A stretch of DNA of 64,000 bases from an uncultured delta proteobacterium (GTDB lineage: Bacteria > Myxococcota_A > Polyangia > Polyangiales > Polyangiaceae), in assembly GCA_963850305.1 (NCBI GenBank), contig CAWKKR010000007.1, positions 864,001-928,000 on the forward strand, written 5' to 3'. Position numbers and translations under genes: made by a program. Position 1 is the stretch's first letter; each line of letters opens with the position of its first letter. The notes beneath the pieces were generated by a model. It was not told the origin of the DNA. It did not search any database and was given only the letters and a program-made list of their open reading frames with translations. Shown piece by piece: positions 1 through 9,206 of this stretch.

Positions 1-579
1 TCCGAGACCGAGCGAGTGAGAGAGACGAGCGCACTCGGCGTATTTGGCAAATGAAGTGGTCGCGTCGATGGCCCCACGCTCGAACGCCCGCGCAAAGGGT
101 TCCGTATAAAGTTCGACTCGTTCGACCCCGAGCGCTGCTGCCCAGCGGATCGCGGCGGGCTCAGGGTCGACAAAGAGACTCACGCGGGTACCGGTGTCGT
201 GGAGCCTTCCGATGACGGGCTCGAGTAGCTCGCGATGCGCGCTCGGGGCCCAGCCGGCGTGGCTCGTCACTTCACCCGGTGTCACGGGTACGAGCGTGGC
301 CTGGGCCGGTCGGATCTCGGTCACCAGGTCTATCCAGTCGGGTCGAGGATCGCCTTCGATGTTGAACTCGAGCGAGTCGCCCCATTCGTCGGCAAATGCG
401 TGCGCCAGATCGCGCACGTCGCTCGGCGTGACGTGGCGTTCATCGGCCCGCGGATGCACGGTGATGCCCCCAGCGCCCGCTCGCACGGCGACCCTCGCCG
501 CGTCAACGAGGCTCGGTGCCGAGCCGCCCCGCGAGTTGCGAACCGTCGCGACCTTGTTGACGTTGACGCTGAGGCGCAT
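1..579 (-). CDS. pdxJ: Pyridoxine 5'-phosphate synthase (3' end runs off the window)
   Basis: Manual minus-strand translation: MRLSVNVNKVATVRNSRGG...GAGGITVHPRADERH...EFNIEGDP...TLVP...RVSLFVDP...VELYTEPFA, all PdxJ motifs; ATG at 579. Confidence 0.93.
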   Translation of the reverse strand, partial: MRLSVNVNKVATVRNSRGGSAPSLVDAARVAVRAGAGGITVHPRADERHVTPSDVRDLAHAFADEWGDSLEFNIEGDPRPDWIDLVTEIRPAQATLVPVTPGEVTSHAGWAPSAHRELLEPVIGRLHDTGTRVSLFVDPEPAAIRWAAALGVERVELYTEPFARAFERGAIDATTSFAKYAECARLSHSLGLG

Positions 580-596
580 GCGCCACAGCGCTTCGG

Positions 597-863
597 TCAG
601 CTCGCCGCGCGCTTGTGGAGCGCGGCCCGGATTCGCGCCGTCGTGCGCGACGCCGCGTTGGTGTGGATGACGCCTGCGCTCGCCGCGTGTGCCAACGCGG
701 TCGTCGCTTCTTCGACCTTCGCCTTTGCCTCCGCGTCGCCCGCCTCGATCGACGTGCGCGCTTTCTTGACTGCAGTGCGGACTGCGGAGCGGAGCGTCTT
801 GTTACGGGTCGTGCGCTTGATGCGTTGTCGATTGCGTTTCGCTGCGGACGGATGATTCGCCAT
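597..863 (-). CDS. rpsT: 30S ribosomal protein S20
   Basis: 88 aa; MANHPSAAKRNRQ...RN...RSAVRTAVKK...GVIHTNAASR. Confidence 0.97.
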   Translation of the reverse strand: MANHPSAAKRNRQRIKRTTRNKTLRSAVRTAVKKARTSIEAGDAEAKAKVEEATTALAHAASAGVIHTNAASRTTARIRAALHKRAAS

Positions 864-1093
864 GGGATTTTCTGGGCTCAGTTGCCCGGCTTCGCCTTTT
901 TCGCGTCAGCGGCCTTCGGATCGTAGCCTTCCGGGTGGATCGGAAACGGCGGACTCGTCGGCGCGGCCTTGTTCCAGCGACCGCGCTGCGAAGCGCGGAG
1001 CCCTCGGCGGCGGGTCGTCTGCTTGGTCGAAGAAACCACTCGAAAATACCTTCTGTCGAAAATTGGCGGCGGTGGCCGCTCGTCTGGCCGCGG

Positions 1094-1122
1094 AATATGA
1101 GCGATGACCTTCCGAGTGTCAA
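1094..1122 (-). promoter_or_regulatory. Sigma70-type promoter upstream of rpsT
   Basis: Minus strand TTGACA (1122-1117), 17-nt spacer, CATATT (1099-1094). Confidence 0.65.
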
Positions 1123-1136
1123 CGTCCGGGGAGCCA

Positions 1137-2300
1137 TTACGGCGGTCGGATCGTCAGGGACGCAGAAAACGACGGCTCCGAAAACGGCGGAACCCGCGCG
1201 GCGCCGATTGCGGAGCGTAGGCAGCCTTCAGCGGGAGTCCCCGCCGCTGGACCGGACACTCCCACGGATTTCACCCGTCCATCCGAGCCGAACGTCACCT
1301 CTGCCCTCGAGCCCGCATCCTGCCCGGCAAGGCAGCTTCGCGCGCCCGCCATGACCGAGCCTATTGCTGCCTGTAACGCGCCGATGCTCGGAGTGCCCCA
1401 CTTCGGAGGCGCTGAGGCGATGGGCGCTCCTGGCGGTGGCTCGGCTCTCGGCGCGCCGTGGGAGCCGGGAGCTTCCGTATCATCCCCGGTCTCGGCGAGT
1501 ACGAGGCGGTCTTTCGGCGTCTTCTCCACACGGAATCCGAGGCTGTCCCGCGTCGACCCTCCGCGCCTGGATTCGCGCGTGTTGGCGCTTGCCGGCGGCG
1601 CTAGCGGCTTCAGGTCATCCAGGGAGAGCGCCGTCGGTGTCGGGTGGGCAGTCACCTCGGACGTCGCGGGTGACAACGGGGTCCGAGGCGCCGGGGCGCT
1701 CGCAACTCGTGGCTCGGCGGAGGCGGCGACGAGCAAGCGTTCCGCGTCGTGCCCGCGATCCACGACATAGAACGCCGCACACGCTGCGAGCGCAAGGAAC
1801 GCTCCCCCCAGCATCCCCGCAGCAAACCCTGGCTTCCGCTGCTCATCCGGGTATTCGGACTCCGGACGTCCCGAGTAGGCCCGGACCTCGCGCGCCACAG
1901 CAGGCCGCGGCGCGACGCGACTCTGAAGCCCGGCGGCCCCCAGGTTTCGCTCCGACGCAGGGGTGGCGTGAAAGCTCGGCATCGGCTCGCGCCGCCCGTG
2001 CTCCGCGGCGAGCAGCCCATCGCGGGCAATCGTGGCGGTGTCATCTGCGATCGCCGCCCGTGCGATATCGGCGAGCTTCGGCCCCTCCATCGTCAGCGTC
2101 GGCTCGTCGGGAAGCGCGACCAGCGGCGGCGCGAGCAACTCGTCGGACGTCGACCCCGCGTCCGTAACTCGAACGCGGGCCATGGTCGCGTTCGCCCAGT
2201 CCTCCCACGCGACGGCGCTCCGCTCTTTGGCGGGCCAGCCGTCCAGCAGGGCTTCTGCTCGGTCCACGAACGGGGTGTCGTCGCCTTCGGAGATGCTCAT
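1137..2300 (-). CDS. Putative anti-sigma membrane protein with C-terminal AgmX/PglI (TonB-C-like) domain
   Basis: ATGA overlap with the ECF gene; one TM segment (GMLGGAFLALAACAAFYVV); Pro/Ala linker; C-terminal ARSC...VTFGSDGRVKSV...AEGCLRSAI...PPF. Confidence 0.6.
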   Translation of the reverse strand: MSISEGDDTPFVDRAEALLDGWPAKERSAVAWEDWANATMARVRVTDAGSTSDELLAPPLVALPDEPTLTMEGPKLADIARAAIADDTATIARDGLLAAEHGRREPMPSFHATPASERNLGAAGLQSRVAPRPAVAREVRAYSGRPESEYPDEQRKPGFAAGMLGGAFLALAACAAFYVVDRGHDAERLLVAASAEPRVASAPAPRTPLSPATSEVTAHPTPTALSLDDLKPLAPPASANTRESRRGGSTRDSLGFRVEKTPKDRLVLAETGDDTEAPGSHGAPRAEPPPGAPIASAPPKWGTPSIGALQAAIGSVMAGARSCLAGQDAGSRAEVTFGSDGRVKSVGVSGPAAGTPAEGCLRSAIGAARVPPFSEPSFSASLTIRPP

Positions 2301-2962
2301 CGTTCGGTCTCATGGCCTCGTTCGGTCAGAAATTCCCTCAGTCTTCTCCGCGCCTCGTGGACGCGCCAGGCAACCGTCCCTTCGGGACAGCCGAGAACAT
2401 GACTTGCTTCGGCGTGGCTCAACCCGTCGATCGCCACGAGCACCAGCGTCGTTCGCAACGTTTCGCTCAGCGAATCCACGCCTTTACATAGCGCCTCCGC
2501 GAGTTCCCGATCTGTCGCCTGTCGGGCGGGATCCGCGAACCCGGGTCTTCGTTCGACGAGCAAGGCCTCGATGCGCGGGTCGTCGGTGGTTCCCGCCGAT
2601 GTCGCCGTCTTTCGGGCCCGGATCGCGTTGAGCGCGAGGTTCACGGTGATGCGATAAAGCCACGTGAAGGGCTCGCTCCGACCATCGAAGCGGTCGAGCC
2701 CGCCGTAAGCGCGAACGAACGCCTCCTGAGCGACGTCCTCCGCTTCGGCGCTGCTTCGCAGCAGGTGCATGGCGAGACCGAACACCCGACGCTGGTGGCG
2801 GCGCACGAAGCGCCCGAAAGCCTCGGTGTCACCGGCTCTGGCCGCGTCCACCAGCTCGCGGTCCGACGTCACTGAAATCTCCCGCGACGGCCGCGCCGAA
2901 TCGTTCCGTGCGCTGTCGCTGCCCTGCACGGGAAGAGAGTAAAGCACGCGATTATCGGACAA
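2297..2962 (-). CDS. ECF RNA polymerase sigma factor
   Basis: Region 2 (GDTEAFGRFV, AEDVAQEAFVRAY, FTWLYRITVN) and region 4 (GLSHAEASHVLGCPEGTVAWRVHEARRRL). Confidence 0.92.
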   Translation of the reverse strand: MSDNRVLYSLPVQGSDSARNDSARPSREISVTSDRELVDAARAGDTEAFGRFVRRHQRRVFGLAMHLLRSSAEAEDVAQEAFVRAYGGLDRFDGRSEPFTWLYRITVNLALNAIRARKTATSAGTTDDPRIEALLVERRPGFADPARQATDRELAEALCKGVDSLSETLRTTLVLVAIDGLSHAEASHVLGCPEGTVAWRVHEARRRLREFLTERGHETER

Positions 2963-3022
2963 TCGACCGGGTGAGATTGTGGGGGAGGGGCTTTCTGCCG
3001 ATCAGAAGCGCCACGAACGCCT

Positions 3023-4754
3023 TCACTTCGCTCGCATTTTCAGCAAATCGCCCAGGGTCCCGAAGCTGCTCTCACGGGCCACCTGCTGGCGATATTCCTT
3101 GTGCGCGCGGCGCTCTTCGTCCTCGGCGGCGCGGGTAATGCTGAGCTTGGGCTCCCCGTGTCGCGGGTCGAGCTCCAGCACCTTGACGTCCAACACCTGG
3201 CCCGGAGGAAATTTCTTCCGCAAGTCCGTGCCGCGCGCCGTGCCCGTCTGAGGTCCGGGGATGAACCCGCGCGCGCCACGCCCCGTGACGCCCAGGATCC
3301 GCACGACGACGCCCGCTGCCTCGCCGCGGATCACCTGCACCTTGACGACGCCGTTCTTCGCGACCTTCTGCGGCGCTTCGCCTGCCTGCTCCGGCGGCGG
3401 CGCTGGATGTAGCGTGATCTTCCGGCTTCGCGAATCGACGTGATGAACGAGCACCGCCATCTGCTCGCCAACTTTGACGATTTCCTCCGGATGATCGATC
3501 TTCTTCAGTGTGAGGTCGGCGACGTGAATGAGCCCCTCGATCCCCTCCGCGAGCTCGACGAACACGCCAAACTTCTCGACACGAGTGACCTTGCCGGTAT
3601 GCCGGGACCCTTGAGGATGCTGTACCATCGCATCCTGCCAGGGGTCGCTGATGAGCGCGCGCCGGCTGAGCCAGATCTTCCCGCGCTCGTCGATCTTCGT
3701 TATCTTGATTTCGATCTCGTCACCCGGCGAAAACAGCTCGGTGACCTTCGCCTGCGGGTCGTGCGAGGCCTCGGTCACGTGCACGAGGCCTTCGAGATTT
3801 TCCGCGTCGGGCAGGGCCACGAACGCACCCCACTCCACGACCGTACGCACGAGGCCTTTCATCACCTGGCCCTCGGTGAGCAGGCCGAGGGCCTTCTTTC
3901 GTCGCTCGTGCGCTTCCGCTTCCAGCATCGGACGTCGACTGACGATGACGTCACGGCCGCCGCCCTCGTATTCGACGACCTTGAACTCGAGCACCTGCCC
4001 GAGCAATTCGATGAAGTGCGCGTTGTGTGGATGCAGATCCATTCCGGACGCAGGAGCGAAGGCGCGCAGCCCCTTCACGTCCACTTCGACGCCGCCCTTG
4101 ATCACGCCCGTGACGAGCCCTTTGACGAGCGAGCCGTCCTTCGCCGCCTGTTCGACCAGCGGCTTCACGTCTTCCTCGCGGAGTGGCTTACGCGTTAAAA
4201 CGACCAGGCCCCCCCGCGATCCGTCCTGATGAACCCGTGCGACGAAGCGGTCGCCCACGGAGGGCACTAGAATCGTCCGCGTCCATCTCCGAACGGTCGA
4301 AGATTGCGAGCGCCTTACCGGACAGGTCGACCATGATCGCTGCGTCGAGCACCGACGTGACTTTGCCGAAAACCTCTTCGCCGACGTGGAACGGCGCACG
4401 TTCCGAAGGCGGACGATGCCTCGGAGGCTTATTCGTTCTTCGCGACCGGGACACGCCGTCATCGCGGCTTTCCGACGGCGCCGGGTCCGTTCCGGCGACG
4501 TGTGCGCCATCGGAGCCTTTCTTTTTCCGCCGACGCTTGCGCTTGCGCTTCGGCTTGTTCTCATCGTCGGGGGGCGCCTTGCTCGCTTCACCGCCGGTCG
4601 CCTCCGACTCCCTGGAGGGCACGTCGTCGGTCGTTCGAGCGGCTTCGCTGGCAATGTCGGTCGAAGGCGCGGCGGCGCTTTCGCTCGCGTCGCCGACGTG
4701 AGATTCTCGCGGTTCCGTGGTCGGACCCGCGTTGGGCGTTTCTTCGGAAGTCAT
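3023..4754 (-). CDS. Multi-S1-domain RNA-binding protein (ribosomal protein S1-like), frameshifted near 4271
   Basis: N-terminal part in ORF 4188..4817 (VGEEVFGKVTSV) and four further S1 domains in ORF 3023..4654 (WGAFV, EGLVHVTE, FGVFVEL, FGTLGDLL). Removing one T from GATT-CTA joins them as MDADDLVPSVGD. Confidence 0.85.
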
Positions 4755-4835
4755 GAGAGGGAGCGCTCCGCTCGATTGGCTGGGAGAGCGTATATCGCGG
4801 AGCGTCGCGTCTGCCAACCGCGGCCAGCCTGTTCC

Positions 4836-5690
4836 TCAACGGGCAATCGGCAGATGCCTGTTCACGCCACCGCTTCGGTCGATCGTCACCGCGTTCGGCG
4901 CGCCAAGCTCCGCTAGCCGAGCGACCAGGCGTTCCGCCACGGTCATGAACGCCCTCGCGCTTTCCGTGCTGGGTGCCGCCTCGACGACGGGCGTTCCGGC
5001 GTCGCCCCATTCTCGTACCAGCACCTCGACCGGGATCTGTCCCAGGAGTGGTGCATCCGCGAATTCCGCGACCTTCTGCCCCCCTCCTCGTCCAAAGATC
5101 TCGTGGCGTTTGCTGCAACCGTCACAAATGAAAAAGCTTTCGTTCTCGATGACCCCGAGGATCGGAATACCGACTTTCACGGCCATCGAGACGCTCTTGT
5201 AGACGTCCTGGAGAGCAACCTCCTGAGGGGTGGTCACGATGAGCGCCCCGGTCGAACGAATCCGTTGCGAGAGCGTCAGGGCGATGTCTCCCGTGCCCGG
5301 AGGCAGATCCAGGATGAGGAAGTCGAGCTCACCCCAGTCCACGTCCTTCATGAACTGTAGCAGCGCTCCGTGGAGCATCGGACCGCGCCAGACGATCGCG
5401 GCCTTCTCGTCATCGAGCAGAAACCCGATACTCATGAGCTTCACGTCGAACCGCACGAGCGGTTGGATCTTGGTGCCGGTGCTGATTGGCCGTCCCGAGA
5501 TCCCGAGCATCGTCGGTATGCTCGGGCCGTACATGTCCGCGTCGAGCAGCCCGACTCTCTTGCCGAGTTTTCGAAGCGCGAGCGCAATGTTGACGGCGGC
5601 GGTGCTCTTGCCGACCCCACCCTTGCCACTCATCACGAGGATGACGTCCTTGACGTGAGGGACCGGATCATCTTCGGCGATGGCGCGCAT
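4836..5690 (-). CDS. mrp: Mrp/NBP35 (ApbC) Fe-S cluster carrier ATPase
   Basis: SGKGGVGKST, DADMYGPS, WRGPM, DLPPGTGD, VTTPQ, EN..F.CDGC. Confidence 0.93.
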   Translation of the reverse strand: MRAIAEDDPVPHVKDVILVMSGKGGVGKSTAAVNIALALRKLGKRVGLLDADMYGPSIPTMLGISGRPISTGTKIQPLVRFDVKLMSIGFLLDDEKAAIVWRGPMLHGALLQFMKDVDWGELDFLILDLPPGTGDIALTLSQRIRSTGALIVTTPQEVALQDVYKSVSMAVKVGIPILGVIENESFFICDGCSKRHEIFGRGGGQKVAEFADAPLLGQIPVEVLVREWGDAGTPVVEAAPSTESARAFMTVAERLVARLAELGAPNAVTIDRSGGVNRHLPIAR

Positions 5691-5779
5691 TCGTGCGCCA
5701 CCCGTATGCCCTGAAGGCCCCCGCGTCAACTCGTGGCCGGCGCTAGGTGTCGGTGTCGAGAGTGAGCGCTTTTCGCACC

Positions 5780-6943
5780 TCAGCGCGACGGGCTACCAGG
5801 CTTCCCCGGGGCCGTCGTGGCAGGCTCCTCGGCTGGGTCCGAAAGGCCTGGCCATTGTTCGGTCTCCCGCATGCTGGACGAAAGCTGGATCTTCGGTGCG
5901 TTCGGCGCCTTGGGAAAGACGGGGCTTCGCAGCAGCGAATCCGAAAGGACGTCCCCGTTGGGTTTGCCGTTGATCTTCGCGAGCGCGACGGCGGGGAAGT
6001 CACGAGACAGAGCCCGCCGTGGACCATCCTGCCGAATCTTCACGTCCGGAACCTTCACCCCGTTGCGAAGAAGGGGATCTTCAGCCTGCGGCGGGCGCGA
6101 AATATAAGGCGCGAGGTGTGCGGCGAACGACTCGGTCGTTGGCAGACGCTGTCCCGGCTCCTTCGCCATTGCGAGCGCCACCGCGCCGGCCAACGGCACC
6201 GGTACCGCGGGGTTGACTGCGGCGAGGGGCCGGGGCGTCCCCGAGGTGATCTGACGCAGGATCTCCGCCGCCGTTCCGACGAAGGGTGGGACGCCCGCGA
6301 GCATCTCATAGAGCACCACGCCGACGGCGTAGAGGTCCGCGCGTGCGTCGACCGTCTGGGCAAGCGCCTGCTCCGGAGCCAGGTACACCGATGGCCCGTT
6401 CACGCCGGAGCTCCCGCCGCTCGCGCCCGGCGGAAGGCCGAAGCCCAGGATCTTCAAAAGCGAGGCAGCGGGACGAGGTTGCGTGAGGACGACATTCGCG
6501 GGCTTCAGATTCCCATGAACGAGCCCGCTCGCGTGCGCTGCACCCAGCCCCGCGAGCACCTGCAACGTGAGCTCGCACGCGTAGTCGGGCGGTAAAGTCC
6601 CCCGGCGGGCGATCAGATCAGCCAGGGTCTCGCCCCCGACGAGCTCCATCGCGACATAAGGCGTTCCGCGGGCGCTGACGGCGAACTCATGGATCTCCGC
6701 GACGTTCGGGTGTCGGATCCTGGCGGCCGCGCGCACGTCAGCTGAGAGCCGAGCTCTCGCGATCTCGCTTCTCGCGAACCGGGCGTCGAGAATCTTCAGG
6801 GCGACGTGGCGGCCCATCATGACCTGTTCGGCCTCGAACAGACCAGCCTGGATTTGCCGGCCCACGACGTACTTGCCGTCGAAGTCTTCCGCCGTGTTCT
6901 TGGGTAACGGTGGAGGTTGTCCGCGTCCGGTGAAGGCGGTCAT
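5780..6943 (-). CDS. Ser/Thr protein kinase-like protein, probable pseudokinase
   Basis: VALK, HPNV, YLAPE and DLYAVG are present, but the catalytic loop reads HGNLKPAN and DFG reads GFG. Confidence 0.82.
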   Translation of the reverse strand: MTAFTGRGQPPPLPKNTAEDFDGKYVVGRQIQAGLFEAEQVMMGRHVALKILDARFARSEIARARLSADVRAAARIRHPNVAEIHEFAVSARGTPYVAMELVGGETLADLIARRGTLPPDYACELTLQVLAGLGAAHASGLVHGNLKPANVVLTQPRPAASLLKILGFGLPPGASGGSSGVNGPSVYLAPEQALAQTVDARADLYAVGVVLYEMLAGVPPFVGTAAEILRQITSGTPRPLAAVNPAVPVPLAGAVALAMAKEPGQRLPTTESFAAHLAPYISRPPQAEDPLLRNGVKVPDVKIRQDGPRRALSRDFPAVALAKINGKPNGDVLSDSLLRSPVFPKAPNAPKIQLSSSMRETEQWPGLSDPAEEPATTAPGKPGSPSR

Positions 6944-7075
6944 GGCTCGGTTTCGTTCCCTCGAAAGATGACAGTTTTCAGCGAACCCCATCTTGACGCC
7001 AAACGCGACGGTCCGCGAGCGAAACTCGGAGGTCCCGTGTGAGTGAAGGTAGGGCGAATTCTCGCGGGAGGTCTC

Positions 7076-9136
7076 TCAGCGCGGAAAAGCTGCAGGGTTT
7101 CCGCCATCCACCGTCACGACGGCGCCCGTGGTTGCGTCCGCCGTCGCGAGCCATCCGAAAGCCTCAGCGACGTCTTGCGCGGTCGTTTCCCGTCCGAGGA
7201 GGTTGCCCCGAAAATACTCCGCCGGGGAAACGCCGCGTGCCCGAGCCCGCGATTCCACGATGCCGTCGAAGAGCGCGGTGCGAATTCGGTCCGCGTTGAC
7301 TGCATTGGCGCGGATGCCATGAGAGCCGAGGTCCACGGCGTATTGCCTCATGAGCGCGATGACGCCCGCCTTCGGCACGGCGTAGGGTCCGAAATCTTTT
7401 CCGGGATTGAACGCGCTCTTGGAAGCGTTGAAGAGCAGGCATCCTCCGATGCCTTGAGCGAGGAAGACCTCGGACGCGGCGCGCGCCACGTATTGATGAG
7501 AAAGCAGATTCAACTGCAGAGAACGGAGCAGGGCATTCTCGCCTGCTTCGGTTTGAAGTTGCCCGGACGGAGCGTTGCCGGCGTTGGAAACGACCACGTC
7601 GAGGCCGCCAAAGCGAGCGACGCACTCGTCGATCATGCGCCTGACGTCCGAAGGATTCGTCACGTCGGCCGCGAGCGTCGCGAGTCGCGTGCCTGCTCTC
7701 TTACCGAGCACGACCAACGTTTCGTCCAGAGCCGCCGTATCCGCATCCGAGATCACCACGTGCGCGCCGAGTTCGACGAAATGGGCGGCCGTGGCTCGGC
7801 CGATGCCGCGCCCGGCGCCGGTGACGAGCGCGATGTGCCGCGAGAGCGACCCACCCGGGGCCCGCGCGACCTTGATCTTCGCTTGCTCGAGGCTCCAGTA
7901 CTCCACGTCGAAGAGATTCGCCAGGGAGACCGGCTCATAGCGTCCAATCGACATCGCGTCCAAGATCACTCCGGCAGTGTGTACGTAGATGTCGCCGGCG
8001 ATCTTTGCCTCGTCGAGCGTCCTGCCGATGGTGAGGGCCCCGAGGCCGGGCACGAGCAGAATTCGTGGCAATCGATCGAGCCGGGTCAGCCGCGCGGACG
8101 AGCGCGACGTGTTGGCGTCGAAGTACGCGACGTACGCGGCTCCGAAACGCGCGAACTCGCCTTCCACTTCTGCGCGCGTCCGCTCATCGTTCTCCGAGAT
8201 CTGACCGAGCCATGCTGGCACTGGCTTCGTTCGGAGGACGTGGTCCGGCGTCATCGGGCCGATCTGCGTGAGGTCGTGCGCATCGGGTCTGGACAGCAGT
8301 TCCAGGATCTCCGGCTCGTCTCGCCAGTCGAGTATGAACCGCGCGCCGTCGTTCGCGCGCTGTAGAGCACCTCTCACGATCGGCCCGAGCCGTCGCTGCC
8401 GTTCGCGCCGCGACGGCTCGCCCGGCATGCCCACGTTCGTTGTCCGGGTCCTCGCCCTGGCCACGTGGTGCTCGGCTCGCGACACCGCTTCGATCATGTG
8501 CCCGTAACTCTCGCGGGCCGTCTCGCCCCACGTGAAGATGCCGTGACGTTCGAGGACGAGCACGTTTCCGGAGTTCACGCGATCACCCAGTTCGGCCACA
8601 CGCCGAGCGAGCACGAAGCCCGGCATCACGTAAGGGAGCAGGAGGACATGCGCGCCCCAGACGTCCTTTGCGAGGAGGGCACTGTCGGGTTGATCGACGA
8701 TGGCGAGTACGGCGTCTGCGTGGGTGTGATCCACGAATTTCCCCGGCAGGAGGGCGTGCAGCAGGGCTTCGACCGATGGGGTCGGACTCGACGGATCGAG
8801 CATCTGGCTCCGAAGCGCCTTGACCATGTCCTCGTCGCTGAGCCGTTCGAGGCGCGCGCATCGGAGCAGGGGAGCCATCCGACACGCGGGGAACCCGGAC
8901 GGCTCGATGTTCGCCAGATCCCACCCGCTCCCCTTCACGTAAAGGACCTGAGTTTCCTCTCCCGTGATCTCGCGCAGGGTGCTCTTCACGGATGTGTTCC
9001 CCCCGCCGTGAAGGACGAGCGACGCGTCCTGGCCGAGGAGGCGGGACGTGTAGACACGCAACGCGAGGTCCTCACCATGGGCGCCCCATCGTTCGACGGC
9101 GGCGCGCGCGTCCGCATCCACGTAACGCGATTGCAT
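7076..9136 (-). CDS. Bifunctional class II aldolase / short-chain dehydrogenase (rhamnulose-1-phosphate aldolase/dehydrogenase family)
   Basis: LVLHGGGNTSVK, KGSGWD, PSVEALLH, DHTHAD, TPDH, EYWSLE; SDR part TGAGRGIG, SNAG, YAVPK. Confidence 0.9.
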   Translation of the reverse strand: MQSRYVDADARAAVERWGAHGEDLALRVYTSRLLGQDASLVLHGGGNTSVKSTLREITGEETQVLYVKGSGWDLANIEPSGFPACRMAPLLRCARLERLSDEDMVKALRSQMLDPSSPTPSVEALLHALLPGKFVDHTHADAVLAIVDQPDSALLAKDVWGAHVLLLPYVMPGFVLARRVAELGDRVNSGNVLVLERHGIFTWGETARESYGHMIEAVSRAEHHVARARTRTTNVGMPGEPSRRERQRRLGPIVRGALQRANDGARFILDWRDEPEILELLSRPDAHDLTQIGPMTPDHVLRTKPVPAWLGQISENDERTRAEVEGEFARFGAAYVAYFDANTSRSSARLTRLDRLPRILLVPGLGALTIGRTLDEAKIAGDIYVHTAGVILDAMSIGRYEPVSLANLFDVEYWSLEQAKIKVARAPGGSLSRHIALVTGAGRGIGRATAAHFVELGAHVVISDADTAALDETLVVLGKRAGTRLATLAADVTNPSDVRRMIDECVARFGGLDVVVSNAGNAPSGQLQTEAGENALLRSLQLNLLSHQYVARAASEVFLAQGIGGCLLFNASKSAFNPGKDFGPYAVPKAGVIALMRQYAVDLGSHGIRANAVNADRIRTALFDGIVESRARARGVSPAEYFRGNLLGRETTAQDVAEAFGWLATADATTGAVVTVDGGNPAAFPR

Positions 9137-9206
9137 GAGGTGCGAGTCTACCCCAAGGTGCGGCCTATTTCGTCCTGCCTCGACGCCAGGACGTTCGGCG
9201 GATCGA

